NCBI GenBank assembly: GCA_036630325.1
Contig: CP142735.1
Coordinates: forward strand, 434,001-498,000
DNA: 64,000 bases
From: Vairimorpha necatrix
Taxonomy: Eukaryota
Direction of reading: 5' to 3'
The position numbers were made by a program, and so were the translations under genes. Shown piece by piece: positions 23,960 to 36,276 of this stretch (within the stretch, counting starts at the first letter, position 1; every line of letters starts with the position of its first letter). Below the pieces are notes generated by a model. The model was not told where the DNA came from and ran no database searches. It saw only the letters and a program-made list of their open reading frames with translations.

Positions 23960-25200
23960 GGGGTCAACGCTCGCACGCCACAATAAATCATCTTTCAGCT
24001 TTTTTACAAGTTTTAGAACTTTAAACGGGTACTTTTAACTGTTCCGTATCACAGTTAAAGTTCTTTTTTATACCATCTAGAAATGGGGCAAATCTATTGG
24101 TATCGATGTTTTTGAGACATTAGCTTTTTTTTCAAAAGCGTTGGGTTCATATCACAATTTTTGATTATGACTGTCCAGTCATTCTCCGTCTTTTCTGTTA
24201 GAAGAATATTTTCCTTCAACAATTTCATTTTCCTTTTACGGCAGCGGTTAACTTCCGTAAAAACACATTAAAGGTATTGGATGATGGATCATTTTACCCG
24301 TCACCTTGATTTGTCTATATCTTGAGATTTAGAGAAGACACCAAACTTTTTCTTTTCCTTTTTTGATCAGTACGATCAGCTCTTATGATGATTGGTTCTG
24401 ACGGAATTCAGAAAAGCTACCTCTGGATTAATAAAGTTCTATAAAATTTAATATTTTATTATTAATTAAATTGGCTCGATGGCCTTCTATATGGGAAGTC
24501 TGGTTCCTGGCTTGACAACTCTTCATAGGTCATATGTTTCAAGAACATTATTCGTTGTTTCTCTTCATGATTCGGTGGGGTCAGAGCAGAAACTAAATAA
24601 ATATTTGATTTTTGGAATAGACAGATTTAAATGGTCTATTTGCAAAAAAAGAACATTGATAAAATAAATATAATCAATTTGATGTTGTAAAAACACCGCA
24701 GGATCTTTACACTATCCTTTTTTTCAGCAAGAATCATGTCAATTCTTTGCTCTAATCTTTCATTTGAAGCCTTAAGGGCATCAATCTTGTGTTGAGTTGA
24801 TTTCTCAGTAAAGAAATCTCAATCTCGTGCTGTTTCTTCAAGTTTTTAAGCTTTAATCTCTGTTAATTAGCTCTTCACAGATGGCATCTAAGTACTTCTG
24901 ATATATACTTGTCACTCCATGTGAACTCTTACAATAGGAAGCAAGGCTAGCCATCAGCCCAGCTCTGCCACAAAACTTTGATCGGCATTTCTGCTTTCTT
25001 CTATCTTTATTTTGTTGAATAAAGTCTCTGTTTGTGATCAGAATTTTATCAATTCTTTGTCTGTGTGAATAGCAGTCCTGCGGAAGCTGCTAACTTCACA
25101 ATCTGGTTTGTAACCTTCCAATACTAGTGAATTAACACTTTCTTGTACTCCAGAGATCGATAAGTCGGCCTCAATCTCTTAAGTTTCTCCCTCCCTTTTT
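23960..25200 (-). pseudogene. Probable N-terminal relic of an RLE-type non-LTR element
   Basis: Weak by-eye similarity to the N-terminal part of the element at 59750-60800 (..KRKRKVW.. segment). Confidence 0.35.
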
Positions 25201-25486
25201 TACGTTTGGTGAACCCCATCACATCATTTTCAAATAAACTTAATTAAAGATGTAAAAATTCAATATAATTATATTTAAAATACTTTATTTTAAAATTTAC
25301 GGGAATTTATTACTTATACCTGTTTATTGATGCAGAAAACAATAATTTCTCATGATTAATTTCATTCTTTCAAAGATAAAAGATATTATAATTTTAAAAA
25401 AAATGTACTTACCCAGAATTGCATACACAAATTATTCATATTAAAATATTTGTTAAAGTATAAAAATAACTTGAAAGAAAATTTAA

Positions 25487-27889
25487 TTAAATATTCTCGA
25501 ACATTTTTATAGTTTCTATCAAGTTTTCGTGTAAATAATTTTTAGAGCAAATATCAATAATCCTTAATATTTCTTTTTTATTCATGAATTTTTTTACTAT
25601 ACTGAAGTTTTCTTCATGCTTGTTTATCAAACCTTTATTTTCACCCAAAGATGCTCGAAATAAACAAGTTAAAATGGAAATTACATATTTTTTACTATTG
25701 ATTTTTATATCATTCTTTAGATTTTCGGCCATATTTTCTTTTAATTTTTGACAAAATTTATTGATTTCAGAATTTTTATATTCATTTATCATATCTTCGT
25801 AGATTTTTTCGTTGACATTCTTTACTTTTTCTTTTACACTTTCATATGATAATAAGGTATCAATATTATTTATTCCTTCATTTAATAATTCATTTTCAAA
25901 ATTATTGCTCATATTTTCATCATATAAATTGTCTACTGATCGATTATTAGCCTCGTATAATGTTTTGTTTAACATTATGTTAAGTGTAGATTTAGTAATA
26001 TTTTGTAAAAAATTTAAAATTTCTTCTTTTTTTTGCTTTATTTCAGCTTCTTTTTTTCGTTTTTTTTCTTCTTCTTCTCTCGCTAGACGTCTAATTTCTT
26101 GTTCTTTACGTTTTTTATCTACTTCCTTGCTTCTAATATCCTCATTAATACGTCTCATTTCTTCTTTTTTACATTTAAATTTATTTTCTTTTTCAATATC
26201 ATTTGAAAAATTTTCATCTAATTTTTTCTTTATTATTTCATTATTATTCTCCACGTCGTTACTATTAATTGAAAATTTAGAAATAACTTCTTCCTTATTA
26301 GTATGAAGTTGATCAAAACATCTTTTCCAAACACTTTCCATCGATACTGTGAAAAGTGAAGTTATTTTAAAAATATTTTCCCAAACAATTTTTTTAAAAT
26401 TTTCAATATTTTCTATGTGACCAGCGATTGCCCCTTGGTAAATTTTATAGAAATCAAATTTAGTTCTGCTATTCATATTAGTAGAGTCGTTAACAAAGTT
26501 ATTTCCTAATTTTTTTAATTCTATCTGATTTTCAATTTCTAATAGAGTACAAAATACAGGGTCATTACTAATATCATTTTCTTTTATAAATTCTTCAGCT
26601 TCAATATATATGCAAATTTTTATTGCATAAATTTCTACATACAAAGTATGATTTGATAATTTGGTCAGTAAAGGTTTTATAAAAGGCATCTTAATTATTT
26701 CGTCTTGTTGTTCATTGCTCAAAATTTTATTTAGCTCACTTTTATTAATTAATCCTGCATTTAACATTAGATATGCAAATATCATATTTAATGCTGTGCC
26801 TCGTTTGTTTATAATTTTATTAACAAAAAAATCAACTTTATTATTACTTTCCAATAATCTATAAAACATTTCTACAGCTCTATGTCTATAATATCCACTA
26901 TTTATTTTATCAAATCTAATAAAAATTTTTTTAAAATCCGTCAAAAATTCCTGGTCAATAATTATTTGGGGCTTGAATTGCCTTAAATCTTTTTTCATAC
27001 AATAATATGTAATGTTATTTTTTAGCGCAACAAATAAACTGTCATTTTTAATTTTCATGTTAAATGTTTTACCTGAAAACGAGATTTTTTTGTCAGAAGA
27101 ATTGAGACTACAAAATCCTAACGTATAGAATTTATCAATATTAGCACATTTATACAAATCATGCAAACATTTTCCTATACTTTCGTCAATTTTATTATTG
27201 TATTCGTTTTCTATCTCAATCATCGAGAAAAACTCTTCTTCATAAAACTCTCTAACATCAATATTAAAAAAATAGTACTTAGTCTCTAAATGAATACAGA
27301 ACGATATAAAGCGACAATCTCCTTTATTGAAATAAATAATTGGAGGATTTATACCATACATTGCTCGTTTATCATTAAAATACGTGTACCAGCATATTTT
27401 AGAAAAAAATTCATGTTCTCTGTAATCATATTCCATTATGGTATCGTAAAACAAATCTGACCAATTTCTAATTTCTTTTCTGGCAACATTTATTTCTTTT
27501 AACTTACTAATTATTTCATGATAATATTCATGAGATTCAATGTAAGGAGAATCATAAATTAAAACAACAAAATCATCATATCTTTTAATGTACTCTTGTA
27601 ACAATATATCTTCAAGTTCCCCAACAGTAGAATCTATGGTTTTATCATTACAATTAATTTCAAAATTTGAATTTTCATTAAGATTTTCTGATTTGTTAGT
27701 ATTTCTTACCAATCTAACATAAAGTACGAGATTATAACTATTAAAACTCAATCTGACTCTCAGATATTTCTTATCGACGTCTATTGTGCGATAATCATTT
27801 TCTCTGATTTTATCTAACAGTAAATTATTAATCTTTTCATATACGCGTTGACAACCTTGTACTAAGAGGATGGTGTATAAGAACTTCAT
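25487..27889 (-). CDS. Uncharacterised predicted secreted protein (800 aa) with a charged coiled-coil insert
   Basis: Intact ORF, N-terminus MKFLYTILLVQG, CCCCC before ATG, collinear similarity to 8752-11070. Confidence 0.88.
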   Translation of the reverse strand: MKFLYTILLVQGCQRVYEKINNLLLDKIRENDYRTIDVDKKYLRVRLSFNSYNLVLYVRLVRNTNKSENLNENSNFEINCNDKTIDSTVGELEDILLQEYIKRYDDFVVLIYDSPYIESHEYYHEIISKLKEINVARKEIRNWSDLFYDTIMEYDYREHEFFSKICWYTYFNDKRAMYGINPPIIYFNKGDCRFISFCIHLETKYYFFNIDVREFYEEEFFSMIEIENEYNNKIDESIGKCLHDLYKCANIDKFYTLGFCSLNSSDKKISFSGKTFNMKIKNDSLFVALKNNITYYCMKKDLRQFKPQIIIDQEFLTDFKKIFIRFDKINSGYYRHRAVEMFYRLLESNNKVDFFVNKIINKRGTALNMIFAYLMLNAGLINKSELNKILSNEQQDEIIKMPFIKPLLTKLSNHTLYVEIYAIKICIYIEAEEFIKENDISNDPVFCTLLEIENQIELKKLGNNFVNDSTNMNSRTKFDFYKIYQGAIAGHIENIENFKKIVWENIFKITSLFTVSMESVWKRCFDQLHTNKEEVISKFSINSNDVENNNEIIKKKLDENFSNDIEKENKFKCKKEEMRRINEDIRSKEVDKKRKEQEIRRLAREEEEKKRKKEAEIKQKKEEILNFLQNITKSTLNIMLNKTLYEANNRSVDNLYDENMSNNFENELLNEGINNIDTLLSYESVKEKVKNVNEKIYEDMINEYKNSEINKFCQKLKENMAENLKNDIKINSKKYVISILTCLFRASLGENKGLINKHEENFSIVKKFMNKKEILRIIDICSKNYLHENLIETIKMFENI

Positions 27890-27925
27890 GGGGGATATTA
27901 AAAAAAAAGTATTTATATTAAAAAA
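27890..27925 (-). promoter_or_regulatory. AT-rich tract plus CCC motif immediately before ATG (microsporidian-type core promoter)
   Basis: TTTTTTAATATCCCCC-ATG. A similar motif precedes the ATGs at 11528, 21342, 22445, 31385 and 47924. Confidence 0.6.
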
Positions 27926-27967
27926 AAATTAATATATTTGTAATTTTGTAGTTATAATATATAGAAC

Positions 27968-28324
27968 TGTAATGTAGGTTACTACACGACTTTATAGCTG
28001 TAAAAAACATCATCTGCCATTCATATCGAGTGACACGTCAAACATTTCCAGCGGTTCAGAAAAGTGGTCATATAAACAAAAAAAACAAACGAAAGTCACA
28101 TGGTCGTTACTACATTTGTAAGTAAGTCAAAGTTGTGTTTATTGTTGACAAGAAATATTAAATTGAAAATAAAATATAAGAAAAAGTTTGGTTTGGAAGA
28201 GTACGAATGATCTAAGAGAAAGAGATAAGTCAAGGCAGGGAAAATGACATAATAAAAATAAGCAATTTTATAGTAAAAACATCTTAGAGAAATATTACAA
28301 AAATAGCAAAGTCCCTAACATACA
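27968..28324. repeat. Solo-LTR-like or MITE-like repeat, copy 2
   Basis: Ends TGTAATGTAGG..CCTAACATACA; inverted homolog of 18606-19252. Confidence 0.55.
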
Positions 28325-29449
28325 GGACAAGAACATAAAAAAAAAGTAAAATTAGAAATGCAATCATTGATGTGTCAAAAACATCATGTTTATTGCCAAA
28401 CTTAAATCTAAAAACATCAAAAATAGTAAATTTTTTATAATAAAAACATAATAACACTAAGGATCAGCGTAAATTGTCTAAAAAAGTACATTATAGCCGT
28501 ATGATTGAAAATACAGTGTGTCGCGTAAGGGACAACATCACATAGACAGAGGCTTTATATATCATCTGTCACAATGTTCAGTTTGAGGCGTCAAAAGTCA
28601 ATTAACAAAAAATTAAAATTAAAAACTGATCTTATTGTAAAAACATAAACTTCTTGATTTTTTCTTGAAAAGTAGTTAATTATAAATAAAATTTTAAAGA
28701 AACATGTAGATGGGCGTTCGGTATTCAATATAAAGAATGCAGTAAAGATAATGAAAGTAATATTAACAAAAACAATATAAATTACATCTTTAAAAACTAT
28801 TATACAAATGATGGAGTCTTATTTATACATGATTTCTTTATGTACCTCTCTCGTGCTATAAGTTAAATTCAAAAAAATCTAAAAAATTTAATTTAAAAAA
28901 TAGAGAAATTGTTTTTAATCCTAATTAAGAATATTGACAAAACTTATACTGGAACGTTAAAACCTCTTCATAAAACATAAAAATGGACTAACATTTACTA
29001 CATAATTTATAGTTCACAAAAATATAAATCAAGAAATTGAAATCACGAAAAATATAAAAATATGGCCAAAGTAAACATTAGAGACATATCCATATCTATA
29101 GTATATTTCTAAAATATTTTTATTTACAATCGTGTTATGAGTGTTTTTTATTATCGGGATCTTCACTGTATTTCTCGCCATATTGTTTTGTCTATTGTTC
29201 ATTTTTTATTTGTTTTTTGTGTAAGGGCTGCAATCGTATTTATAGTTATGTGTGTTTGTTGTGTAAATAAACAAACAATTTTTCTCGTGGATCTGTGCTG
29301 CACAAAGATACCACAATTAGTTTTAAAATTTTCATATGGGGGGGGGGTTTGCCCTTTTATTTCAATGGAGGAAAGAAAAGCATGAAGAAGGAACAAAAAT
29401 AAAAAGTAGAATAAATATTTTGATAAAGGTATAAATACTGGTGTTATGG

Positions 29450-30100
29450 GGGTTCTTTAGACCTTATATCTAAATAATTAAAGTTGGGCGCTATTAGACG
29501 ATCTGTTTCTATTTGTTAAATTTTTTTTTGAAATCTCTAATTACCTTCTATGGTATTGGCTTGTACTTTTGTATCCGCATCTCTAAAATGTATTATGATT
29601 AACCATTTGATGTTATTTAAACATTGTATTTAAGGAATGGATGCTTTCCACATATCGCTATATATATTGATTCTGCTTACCTGTTTAGTAAAAGTCCAGT
29701 AAGTGTTCTTTTATCTATTTTCTTAATATATACTACTAAAATTTACGTTTAATGTTACGTTCAACCATTCCAAAACATCAAATCCTTTTACTAACTTATT
29801 TACATTGTTTTATTCTTCCAGATCTTTGTCTCATTAATTTTCACTATTATATAACCACCGCTTATATTCCCTATACTAGACATATACATATCTAAAATGC
29901 TCATTTTTTAAACTTTTCTAGCACGTTGGTTATAGAAATTTAGTACAACCTAAAACTTGAGAAATAACTTACGTAGATAACTTAAAATCCACATATTAAG
30001 TATTTGCAATATTGATACGTGATTAAGCTTAGAAGCCTAAGAAGGGTTCATTTCAAATTGAAAATGTGTTTTTACATTTAACCATGGTCAACAAAAAAAA
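29450..30100 (-). pseudogene. Merlin transposase relic
   Basis: Degraded motifs VKINETK, (W)CFGMVER, IYSDMW, VNH, ANTIEG. Confidence 0.7.
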
Positions 30101-30387
30101 AACTTTGTCTTTCCTCTTATCTTCATTTTTAAATTACATACTTGGCATGCTACACGGGACTACGACCTGTTCTAAATAGTATTTTAGAAAACTATTGGCT
30201 TTGTCGTCTGTCCTAAGCAGGCTTACATAAGTTTGTAAACTAATATCTATTTGACTGTTCTTCATGTATGGCATTGGAGTAATAAATAGAATATTTTTAA
30301 AATGTGAAGAAAGGAAATTATTTGAAAATTGTAAAATACATCTGATAATAATTAGTGGTGTTTTGTGGTTATATTACTCCAATCCTC

Positions 30388-31445
30388 GGTTAAGTTCTCG
30401 ACTTACAACACCCCCTCCCCCACCCCTAAAAAAACAAAAAAAATTATTCCACAATTGTAAAATCTATTTCAGGAATAATATCATATGCTAAAATTATCTA
30501 TTTCAAAAAAAATCTAACATTTATCTAATAGATTTTCACGATATATTAATTTGAATTTATTAATGTAAATCTTTCTTACAAGATTCATAATAGTACCATG
30601 ACTAGTTCCGCTTTTTCTTTTTTCTCTTTTAAGAACCGACCACATCCCTCTATAGTCTGAGTATGCGCACCAGTTATATTATCAACAAAATTTTGGCTGT
30701 GATTCACAGTCAAATGTAGATACTCATATTCTACACAGATTGTTTGAATATCACTATAGCCGCGCCAACAATCTGTCACAATTGTGGTCCCCGGAGCAAT
30801 TTTTCTTGTGATTAATTTAACAAGAGTAGCTTTTGTTCTATTTTCTACGATTTCAAAGAAAAAAGAATTCGCATCCAATCTCACAACGCCTCCAACTGCC
30901 CATACTTGATATTGAAGAACCCTTCCCGCATGGTTTCTACTTTTTACAAGTAAAGTTTCATCAATTTCAACAATACAACCGACGCCGCCAATCGTTTGAT
31001 TGTTTATATATGTTGAATAGGAGACGTACACGGCGTTATTAAAACGCGTAAACCATCTTGATACCGTATATTTACCTATATCAAGTTCTAACGTGGCGGC
31101 CAAATTACTTGAACCCTTTACCCATTCGCAAAGCAATATTAAAAGATCCTCAATAGGCAATTTTGAGTTCTTAAAAACGCTTTGTTTCATTATGGTTCCT
31201 TTCTTAGAACATTTTGTACCATCTCTTCTTAGATAACAACGATAGTTTTCAGTGTTAGTACGATTTTGAGTCATTGGTATATTGAATTTATTGCACATAG
31301 GGACCCTCAAAATGTTTTTTTGCAATTAAAAATTGCATTAACTCATTTTTTTATAGATGAGTTTTCTGAATTCTTTAATTCTCATTATGGGCCAAACAAT
31401 TTATTTTTTTTTTTATTGGGGGGGGGGTAAGTCGAGAACTTAACC
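30388..31445 (-). mobile_element. Merlin DNA transposon 2 (1058 bp)
   Basis: TIR GGTTAAGTTCTCGACTTAC, TSD CAATCCTC. Frameshifted transposase ~31385-30444 with VEIDET, VTDCW and HTQTIEG. Confidence 0.93.
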
Positions 31446-32374
31446 CAATCCTCTACAATTGTTATTTTGTTTTTCAATTATTAGGTCATTATATATGAAC
31501 TTCAATTCTTCTCTTGATCAAATCCTTTCCTGCATTTTTGCGAAAAAGAGACCAAACCCCATATCAAAATTTTGTAACTATTGTTTACTTGTGCCGAAAA
31601 TATTATATATAATGCTATCAACCTCTGACTGTTTATATTAGATATACCAAACAATGCCGAATACATGGGACCAAGTAAAAAAGAATATAATAAGATTAAT
31701 CGAACTTTCGGGGGATAGTGTGGTATGCTCCAAAGACCTCATGATTTTATAAAACCTGACTAAATATTCTAAAATGTTTTAAATTATTCTTTTTAAATAG
31801 AAAAACAGGACAAAAAAAGAATACTTGTGATTTTTAAATGGGTTGTTTATTGGAATCATACATATATTTTTATTTGTATATCTCCTTTGATCAAAAATAA
31901 TGTAAATATTGTCGTTCATTAAGCTCATGATTTTTTTTATTTATGCACACTTGACTGCAAATTTCAATCTTTTCGGTGTTAATTATAGGTAAATAAACGT
32001 ATATATCTCAATTTTTATCGTACTATGGCTTTAAACTAAATAAAAATACTTAAAGTCGTCACCCTAGAATGCATTTTATACTTTTATTATTTCAAATCCA
32101 TAATCATTCCGGCTATAGGGCCTTAACAACTAAGTTCCAAGCTACATAACAGCACCATGGTTTAATACTGATTAAAACTTTGGACATTTATAAAAATATT
32201 TATTGTCACAATTCGGAGCGAACGCCAGGGGTAAAAAATTAAAAAAATCCTTCAGTGAGGATCGAAGCAAAAAATAAGAACAAATAAATGTTCGTCTTAA
32301 ATGATTGCCCAAATTTTGTCTCGATTTTTTGAGGGGTAAATTTTTGCTATTTTTTTATAATAATGGGTTGGAAT

Positions 32375-35300
32375 TGTCAAATGTTTTATTTGGATCTTCC
32401 ATCCCCTCTTTCGGAAATGTTTTTAAATACTTTTTGTAGCCAATCAAATCTGTCCATTTGTAAGAATATGATTGGTCAGCATTTGATCGGCTACGACACC
32501 CCCTCAATCAGTCTTCGACGTGTCCTTCTTAATATGACTTATGTTAACTCTCAATACGCCTGCTGAATTTTTCCTTTTTACCAGAAATGCGTCTTCACTT
32601 AAAATTTTGACAATAATATAACCAGGTGACCATTTAGCTTCTAACTTTCCACTTCCTGGGTAATCTCTGTAAACTAAAACATCCTCTCCTATTTTAAACT
32701 TTTGCTTTATATCTTTTTTCCCTTTAACGATGTATTTTCTGTATTTTTTAAAGTTTAAGTCCCTCTTGTAAAAGTTCTTGCTTCGTATAGGTCTTAGGGG
32801 TAACTCCTATTCTCTCATCTATGGCTGTTGTTATTTGCTGACCGTATTTTAGAATGTACGGCGATGTTCCTATTGATCGATTAAACGAAAGATTTACTGC
32901 CAATGTAGCTTCTTTGACAACTTTCCTCCAGCCAATTTCGCCATAGTTTGCTAATTTTCTAATTTTGTTCGTCAATGTTTGTATGACCCTCTCAACCGCG
33001 CCTGTAGTCTGGTGATGGTATGGCGAACAAAATTCCCATGATATATTATACTTTGAACCTAATGCTTGTACCACGCTGTTGTCAAACTCTAAGCCGTTGT
33101 CTGTCAAGATTCTTTCGGGTATCCCATGCTTACTAATGATTAATTCTTCGATCGCCTTATATATTTCACAGCTCTTTTTGCTTCGTAAGATCTTGGTTTC
33201 TATCCATTTAGAGTAGTGATCGATCGCTACAAATATGTATCCGCTTCCGCTGTTGTCCGAAAGTTTTCCAAGCAGATCAAATTCCCACAGCTGATTGGGT
33301 CTTTCTGAAAGTATTACTTTGTTCTTTGTCTTCACGCGTTGATATCCCGAACGAAGACATGTTTTGCAATTGCTTACGAATTTCGAAATGTCTTGGTGCA
33401 TTGTTTTCCACTTATGTGCCTGTGAAATCATAAATTTCATGGTATTTGATGTCGTATGCCCTGATATTTTATGGTACTCCTCTAGTATGTCGTTGATGTT
33501 ATTATTCGATAACTGATGTAAATCAATGTTACATGTTTCACACTCTTGGTGAAATCTACTAAAGCCATCAGCATTGTTATGCTCTCCTTTTATATACTCC
33601 AATTCGAAGTCGTATTCCGCCAATTTGAGTGCCCATCTGAGAATCCTACTAGTTGGATCCTTCACTGTCCATAGATAGATTAAGGCTTTGTGGTCCGTTC
33701 TGAGCGTAAATTTGCTTCCCAAAAGGTAATGTCTAAAATGTTCTATTCCTTTAACCAAGCCAAGAAGTTCTTTATCGGTAACTGAATAATTCTTCTGACA
33801 ATTATCTAGTCTTTTGCTAAAGGCGGCTATCATTTTTTCAGCTCCAGTTTTGTTCTTTTGCAGCAGCACTGCTCCTATTCCCGTTTCAGATGCGTCAGTA
33901 ACCAGAATGAATGGAGCTTTAAAATTTGGCTGTGTACGTATTGTATTTTGGCTTAGTACTTTTTTAACGGTTTTAAACGTATCCAGCTGTTTGTCAGTAA
34001 GTTTAATTTTTTTACCAGATGTCTGTTTTTCGCCCTTAAGTACATCATACAAGGGTCCCGTAATTTCTGCCATCTTTGTCACAAAATCCCTGCAATAGTT
34101 GGCCATTCCTAGAAAACTCCTTAATTCCTTTATGGTGGTAGGAATTGGGTACGCTTGTATATCCTTAATGCGCGTTTCGTCTACCTTTATGATTCCGTTT
34201 CCAATGACGTTCCCCAAGATCTTTATTTCCGATCTAAAGAATTTACACTTTTTCTTATTAAGCGATAGATTTGCCGCTCTTATTTTTCCCAATACTATTC
34301 TCACATGTTTCTTATGTTCTTCCTTGTTCCTTGAATATATTATAATATCGTCTAAGTATGGGATCACAAAATTATGGTTTTCTTTCCTGAATATATTGTC
34401 CATTGCCCTTTGAAATGTTGCTGGGGCGTTACATAGTCCGAACGGCATACGATTAAATTCGTATAATTTCCCCCTATACGAAAATGCTGTCTTTTCCTTG
34501 TCTTCTTCTTGTAAAGGAATTTGATGGAATCCACTAGTCGCGTCCAGTATTGTAAAAATAGTTGCAGTTGATAAACTGTCAAAAATCTCGTCGATTCTAG
34601 GTGTCATGTATGCGTCCTTTACTGTTATGCTATTCAGACCTCTATAGTCTACGCACATTCTCCATGTTTTGTCAGGCTTCGGTACCATCAGTATTCTGCT
34701 ACACCAGGGACTTCTGCTTTCCCTTAAAATTCCAAGTTCTAGGAGTTTGTTGATTTCTTCATTTACGGCTTCTTCTTGTGATACTGGTATTCTTCCGTTC
34801 CTTTGGCAAATTATCTTCGTACTGTTCGTCTGTATACGATGACTACCTGCAGTGCAGAGGTTATAGTCGCTTATTTCTGTTTTGAAGACGTCCTCGTACT
34901 CTTTCAAAATTTTGTTCTCTTCTAAATCACATGCGGAATTCGACATTTGGTTGATTCTATATTTTGGTGCATTTAGAATATCTAAAATCAGTTTTTTATT
35001 GTCGCATATTACATTTGCTCCTATTATAACATATTTTATGTCTTTGATTATTAAGGGTGAGAAGATCACACCTTTTCCATTGATTTCGATTATACAGTCT
35101 TTTAAATAGCCTTCTATTTTTAATATTTCATTTCCTATACCTTTTACTACGCCATTATATCTAATAATCTTATTACGTTCTTCTTGTGGAATATCATTGT
35201 AATTTATGACCGAAACATCGGCCCCAGTGTCTAGTAGTACTTTCGTATTTTTATTAAAGAGACGGCTTTCCACAAAAAATGGGTTAAAACTATTTTGTAT

Positions 35301-36227
35301 ATGATGTAAATAGAATTCAATTTCTTTATTGTCATGATCTTTCTCGTCACTTTCGTATTCTTCAACGGCATTTATATTTTTTCTCTTCAAGTTGTTTCTT
35401 TCTCTATTGAGTATTATGGTAAGTGCTTTGCAGTCTCTTGTGGAATGGTTACATTCCCCGTGGAGTGTGCACCGTTTATTAGTATGCCGCGGTAGTTTTT
35501 CATGGGTTATGTTTCTTTTAAATCCTTTTTCTTTGTAAAAATTAGTGTGGGGCCCTCTGCCCGCGTTGTCGTGTAGCTTAGTCCTAGCTAACATCTTATC
35601 GGGATATGGAATCCACGATATCTCCTCCGCCTTTTGTATAAATCCTTGCCACGTCTGGACTGTAGTTGCGGTCTGGTATAACAGAGCTTTTATCTCCATT
35701 GGTGATTTATTAATTACCATTTGGCACAAAGCGTCCAAATTTATAAGAGATCTCTCATATATTACAGTAGCTTCCTGTAGCATCTGCGAGTAATCTTCTC
35801 TCGTTTCCGGGACCATTATTGAGAGGAACCTGCTTAGTGTTATATCGTTGTTCTTATACGATCCAAATCTTTTCTTTATTAAATGAAGTATTTCCTCTAA
35901 GCTGACTGTCTCCATTTTCCCGCCTAATGTCTGGGAAGCCCATGATAATGCTTTCCCCCTGAGCTTGCTCACCAATGCCGTTTTGAATTGATCATTGGTC
36001 CATTTCGAAACTTCCCCTACCAACATTATGTCTCTCAGCCAGACATTTACATCCTCACCTGCTTCTCCTGTGAAGCATCCGACATTGTTTGTCGTTGTCG
36101 CCATGTCAAATGTTTTATTTGGATTTTCCATCCCCTCTTTCGGAAATGTTTTTAAATACTTTTTGTAGCCAATCAAATCTGTCCATTTGTAAGAATATGA
36201 TTGGTCAGCATTTGATCGGCTACGACA
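32375..36227 (-). mobile_element. Near-intact Ty3/Gypsy element E
   Basis: 124-bp LTRs 32375-32498 and 36104-36227 (1 mismatch), TSD GGAAT, PBS TGGCGACGAC, PPT GAGGGGG. Confidence 0.96.
32748..36131 (-). CDS. gag-pol: Gag-Pol of element E; integrase tail frameshifted and continuing to 32504
   Basis: CTLHGECNHSTRDC, LDTGAD, YLDD, TDAS and TDNG motifs. Likely start is GGGG-ATG inside the LTR. Confidence 0.9.
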   Translation of the reverse strand: MENPNKTFDMATTTNNVGCFTGEAGEDVNVWLRDIMLVGEVSKWTNDQFKTALVSKLRGKALSWASQTLGGKMETVSLEEILHLIKKRFGSYKNNDITLSRFLSIMVPETREDYSQMLQEATVIYERSLINLDALCQMVINKSPMEIKALLYQTATTVQTWQGFIQKAEEISWIPYPDKMLARTKLHDNAGRGPHTNFYKEKGFKRNITHEKLPRHTNKRCTLHGECNHSTRDCKALTIILNRERNNLKRKNINAVEEYESDEKDHDNKEIEFYLHHIQNSFNPFFVESRLFNKNTKVLLDTGADVSVINYNDIPQEERNKIIRYNGVVKGIGNEILKIEGYLKDCIIEINGKGVIFSPLIIKDIKYVIIGANVICDNKKLILDILNAPKYRINQMSNSACDLEENKILKEYEDVFKTEISDYNLCTAGSHRIQTNSTKIICQRNGRIPVSQEEAVNEEINKLLELGILRESRSPWCSRILMVPKPDKTWRMCVDYRGLNSITVKDAYMTPRIDEIFDSLSTATIFTILDATSGFHQIPLQEEDKEKTAFSYRGKLYEFNRMPFGLCNAPATFQRAMDNIFRKENHNFVIPYLDDIIIYSRNKEEHKKHVRIVLGKIRAANLSLNKKKCKFFRSEIKILGNVIGNGIIKVDETRIKDIQAYPIPTTIKELRSFLGMANYCRDFVTKMAEITGPLYDVLKGEKQTSGKKIKLTDKQLDTFKTVKKVLSQNTIRTQPNFKAPFILVTDASETGIGAVLLQKNKTGAEKMIAAFSKRLDNCQKNYSVTDKELLGLVKGIEHFRHYLLGSKFTLRTDHKALIYLWTVKDPTSRILRWALKLAEYDFELEYIKGEHNNADGFSRFHQECETCNIDLHQLSNNNINDILEEYHKISGHTTSNTMKFMISQAHKWKTMHQDISKFVSNCKTCLRSGYQRVKTKNKVILSERPNQLWEFDLLGKLSDNSGSGYIFVAIDHYSKWIETKILRSKKSCEIYKAIEELIISKHGIPERILTDNGLEFDNSVVQALGSKYNISWEFCSPYHHQTTGAVERVIQTLTNKIRKLANYGEIGWRKVVKEATLAVNLSFNRSIGTSPYILKYGQQITTAIDERIGVTPKTYTKQELLQEGLKL

Positions 36228-36276
36228 GGAATAATGGAAAAAAGAGAAATATAAAACAAACCAAATTTTTAGTACT

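Noticed and set aside
30585..31325. Bacterial IS1595/IS630 elements or bacterial origin
   Set aside because: Interleaved with LTR, hAT and MULE elements, and no Shine-Dalgarno or operon structure. These are eukaryotic Merlin and Tc1 elements.
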